A stretch of 64,000 nt of DNA from Mobula hypostoma (taxonomy: Eukaryota), in assembly GCF_963921235.1 (NCBI RefSeq), contig NC_086097.1, positions 39,868,001 through 39,932,000 of the forward strand, written 5' to 3'. This document shows positions 60,701-64,000 of this stretch, in pieces. The first letter of the stretch is position 1. The number at the start of each line of letters is the position of its first letter. The translations under genes were made by a program, and so were the position numbers. Under the pieces are notes generated by a model. That model was not told where the DNA came from. It did not search any database and saw nothing but the letters and a program-made list of their open reading frames with translations.

Positions 60701-63700
60701 CATGATTGTAATGTTGTTATGTTTTCAGATATCACTATTCATGTTCCTTAGTTACTTAGCTTGCATAACCTTTTCCATAATGAAACAGAAGATAAATATT
60801 CATTTAAGATCTCTCCATCTCTTGTGGCTCCACATATTGATCCCATTTTTTAATACACTTGTAGAACCTCTTAGGTTCTCTTTTACCTTACTTGCTAGAG
60901 CTGTCTTATTTCCTTTCCATGCCCTCTTGATTCTTGATTCTCCTTAAGAGAATTCCTAAATCTGTCATACTCAAGGGATTCACTTGATCAGAGATACCTA
61001 TACCTGTCAAATACTTCCTTCTTCCTCCTGACCAGGCACTGGTATACTCAAACCAGGATTGAACTAGCACAAGATCAGCAGAAGCTGGTCCAAATGCGGA
61101 AGCCTGCGGGAATCCTGCTGCATGGTTGGGTTACATGCAGAGCCCTCTGCTGCAGGGCAGTTCGAAGGACAGGCACAGGGTGAGTGATGCCTGCATCAGA
61201 TTTGGACTTGAGAGATTTTGTGAAATATCTCAGTCCATGAGCTACCTCAACTTCTAATGTTCCAAACTTTATTTATTCCAAAAGATTTAAAATACTTCTT
61301 GTATATTTGGTGAGTCTTTCATTTTCTAGTTTCCTGTCTGTCATAATTCTTCAGTCTGATTGATCACATGTCAATATGACCATATGATGGTGCTGACAGC
61401 ATTAAATGTCCTTTTGAAGGCTCTGTGGTGAAAGGCACACACAGAGAATCATTATGAGTACGTTTCTTGAGGTGAATGGTAAGCACTGTCCCTTGGTTTG
61501 GACTGTTTCCAGGCAATTGGGAAGCATCAAGATACGATTCTTGTTTTAATGCTGTATTTTTATCTTACTATGGGAAATTCAAAATAGCTACAGAAACTGG
61601 CAGATATTTACAGAGCCTAGGATTTTCTACTAAATCAGAGCATAGAATGCCAATTCTGTCAGGGAAATAGAAGTGCTTTCCATTAGAATGTGCTGTGGAT
61701 TAATGCAATTGAAATCTATCAAGTGCCTACCTGTGGTTAACAATCCCATTGAACACTTTTAACCTTGGCAGTTTATTTAAAACCAGGATGAAATGACAAA
61801 AAATTGTGCAAATGAAATAACAGAATATTAAATCACGTGCACATGGTTTTCAATTCCCAGGTAATATAGGGTTCCACACAGAGATACCAAAATAATTTTA
61901 TTTGTAATACTTGGGCAGAAAATTTTCATGCATGACACATTAGCTGCTCTTGAGAAAGGGAAGAAGTTTGTCAAGAAATTGATACTGCTGCTGAAAATTC
62001 TGCTTTGAAGGTGAAACACTGCCAGAATATTAATACAAACCACCTTTAGGTAGACACTACAAAGATTTATTTATAAGAGGAAGTAGAATGAGAGATTTTC
62101 GATGTGATGTTTAGAAGATTGGCTACAGTGTAAGTATAGTAAGGCATATTATATATACTTACCCCACTGAATAGATGAGAATCACATAGTTTCCGGCCAG
62201 TTCTTTAAACTGCTTTGATCCCAATTGATAATTACAATAATCAGATAGAGATTATCGCTGTAAGCCTAAATTTTGGGAAACAAATGCAAAGCTGGTTGCT
62301 GAACTTTAAATTGATTTCAAGATAATATAGTTATTCTATTCTAAACTTAGTTTCAAAAGATAAATTCTTCTCACAACTGATTTTTATTTTTATAAATGTA
62401 AACATATAGATGCATCCATTGCCAGCTGGCCTGTTTTGACAAGAAAAATCATACATTTACATTGTTTTTAACTCTCAGCCTTATGTTGTCAAAGAAATAC
62501 AATTACTACATCAGAAGCGTCTCTTTTTTATTATTAAGCCTGATTAATTAAAGAGTAGCAGTTATATGGAGAGTTTTCCATCTTTTGGATGTTTCAATGC
62601 ACTTCACTAAGTATGAAATAGATGTGTATTATTTAGTTAGAATATTGATGGAAAACACTGCCGCAGAAATTTGTCTGTGGCCATTAGCACTGTTAGTCTA
62701 TTGGCTTCCAGTTATACTCATTTCCAAAATCAAACACAATGTCTTTTGTAACTCTTTTGTGTTGTAACTTTGAACCGGGTCAATGTAAAGACAATGAGGC
62801 TGGTTGGCATAAAAAATCTTCATTCATCATTGACAAGCAAGGATTCTCCTGAAGACTATCTATAGAGTCTCCCCAAACACAAATGATATCACATTTTGAT
62901 ATTCCTTGGAACAAAATTACCAGCAGGTGATTTGACATAATTTCAAAAACTACACTTATTGTTCACTTCAATATTTTGTGTTTGACAAATGATTCCATTG
63001 TATTACATGTTTCTACAATGGGAGCACACGGTAAGTGACAATGCAGCTCTGAATGGTCAAACACCTTTACTGGGACAATACAATTTTGTATGGATGCTCT
63101 AAAAGTCTCTGAGGATAGAGAATGCAGGCACCCAAGATTAGCATTGTGAGGGCTGACTCTCTGGGTACAAAAATGCCTCTAATATTGATAGATAGATAGA
63201 GCGAATATGCCTATGAACATGATTGATGTGTTGAGCATTGAAATAGCTTCGCTGGTCTGGAAGCTGCCTTGAACTCGGTCACAATGGTGAAAAATAGCTT
63301 AGCCAGTATTCGCTGCCTGGTTTGATATAGGTCGGTTAACATGAACCCATTGGCCTTGCATTTGGTTGATACATACAAGAATGTTGCGTGCTTATGTCAT
63401 TTTGCAAACCATATCCTTTGAGCAGCCATCATCCTGTTATAGCCCCATACCCACTTGTCTGTAGACAGCAATGATCATCTAAAAAGCTGTCCTTTAAAAT
63501 TCAAAGGGATTACTTCTTACTTGGTTGAATTAATGCATGGTATTATTCCATCTCTCATGAAATCCTGATGAACACCACAACAAAGTACTGATTTATTAAG
63601 TCAATCATTTCTTCATTTCATTATAATTTCTTCTGCCTCAGCCTCCAAAGGAACCTAATTTACCTCCACTGCTTTCGTTTTTCATTCTTGCAGAGCCTCT

Positions 63701-64000
63701 CATAATATTTTGCATTTGCAAAACCTGCCCTGCAGATATTCTGTGAATTTTTCTTCAGTTATATTTTAAATATATGCCCTAATTACTACTTGGTGGAGGT
63801 GATCTATGCTTGTATTATGCTGCCTGGGAGTATCCAGAGTAAGGCCTGGTTGGTACTTATGTAGGAAATCTTTTGGGAATATCAGGTGTAGAAATCTTGT
63901 TGCATGAGGAAATGGGTGATCCAACCACAAGCAGACAAAATCTTCGTAAAATTACACTTGCCAAAAAAAATCCTGAAATGATACACTTTCAAACATTATC

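Noticed and set aside
61400..64000. Repeat-poor end of the window as possible coding exons
   Set aside because: Translations tried on both strands gave only short frames with no recognisable homology.

Overview
AT-rich vertebrate genomic DNA, most likely a cartilaginous fish (ray/shark). This is inferred from the repeat repertoire: CR1, Rex1/Babar, L2, L1, Nimb/I-clade LINEs, Penelope-like elements, V-SINE-like SINEs and small DNA transposons. Most of the window is nested, decayed transposable elements, and I could not identify a confident host protein-coding gene. The standout is a structurally complete Ty3/Gypsy LTR element at 25581-30709, with two 224-bp LTRs, a 5-bp TSD, a tRNA-Ser-type PBS, a PPT, gag and protease. 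Its RT/RNaseH/integrase region has been replaced by two apparently intronless host mRNA fragments. The first is sense SUDS3 (SIN3-HDAC corepressor subunit), in frame with the pol linker. The second is antisense RNF213 (post-RING E3 region), later split by an L2 fragment. Other points of note are minimal hammerhead motifs in Penelope termini, two solo LTRs, three MITEs and a 48-bp minisatellite inside a non-autonomous element. Protein identifications come from remembered sequences, not database searches. Boundaries of decayed repeats are approximate.
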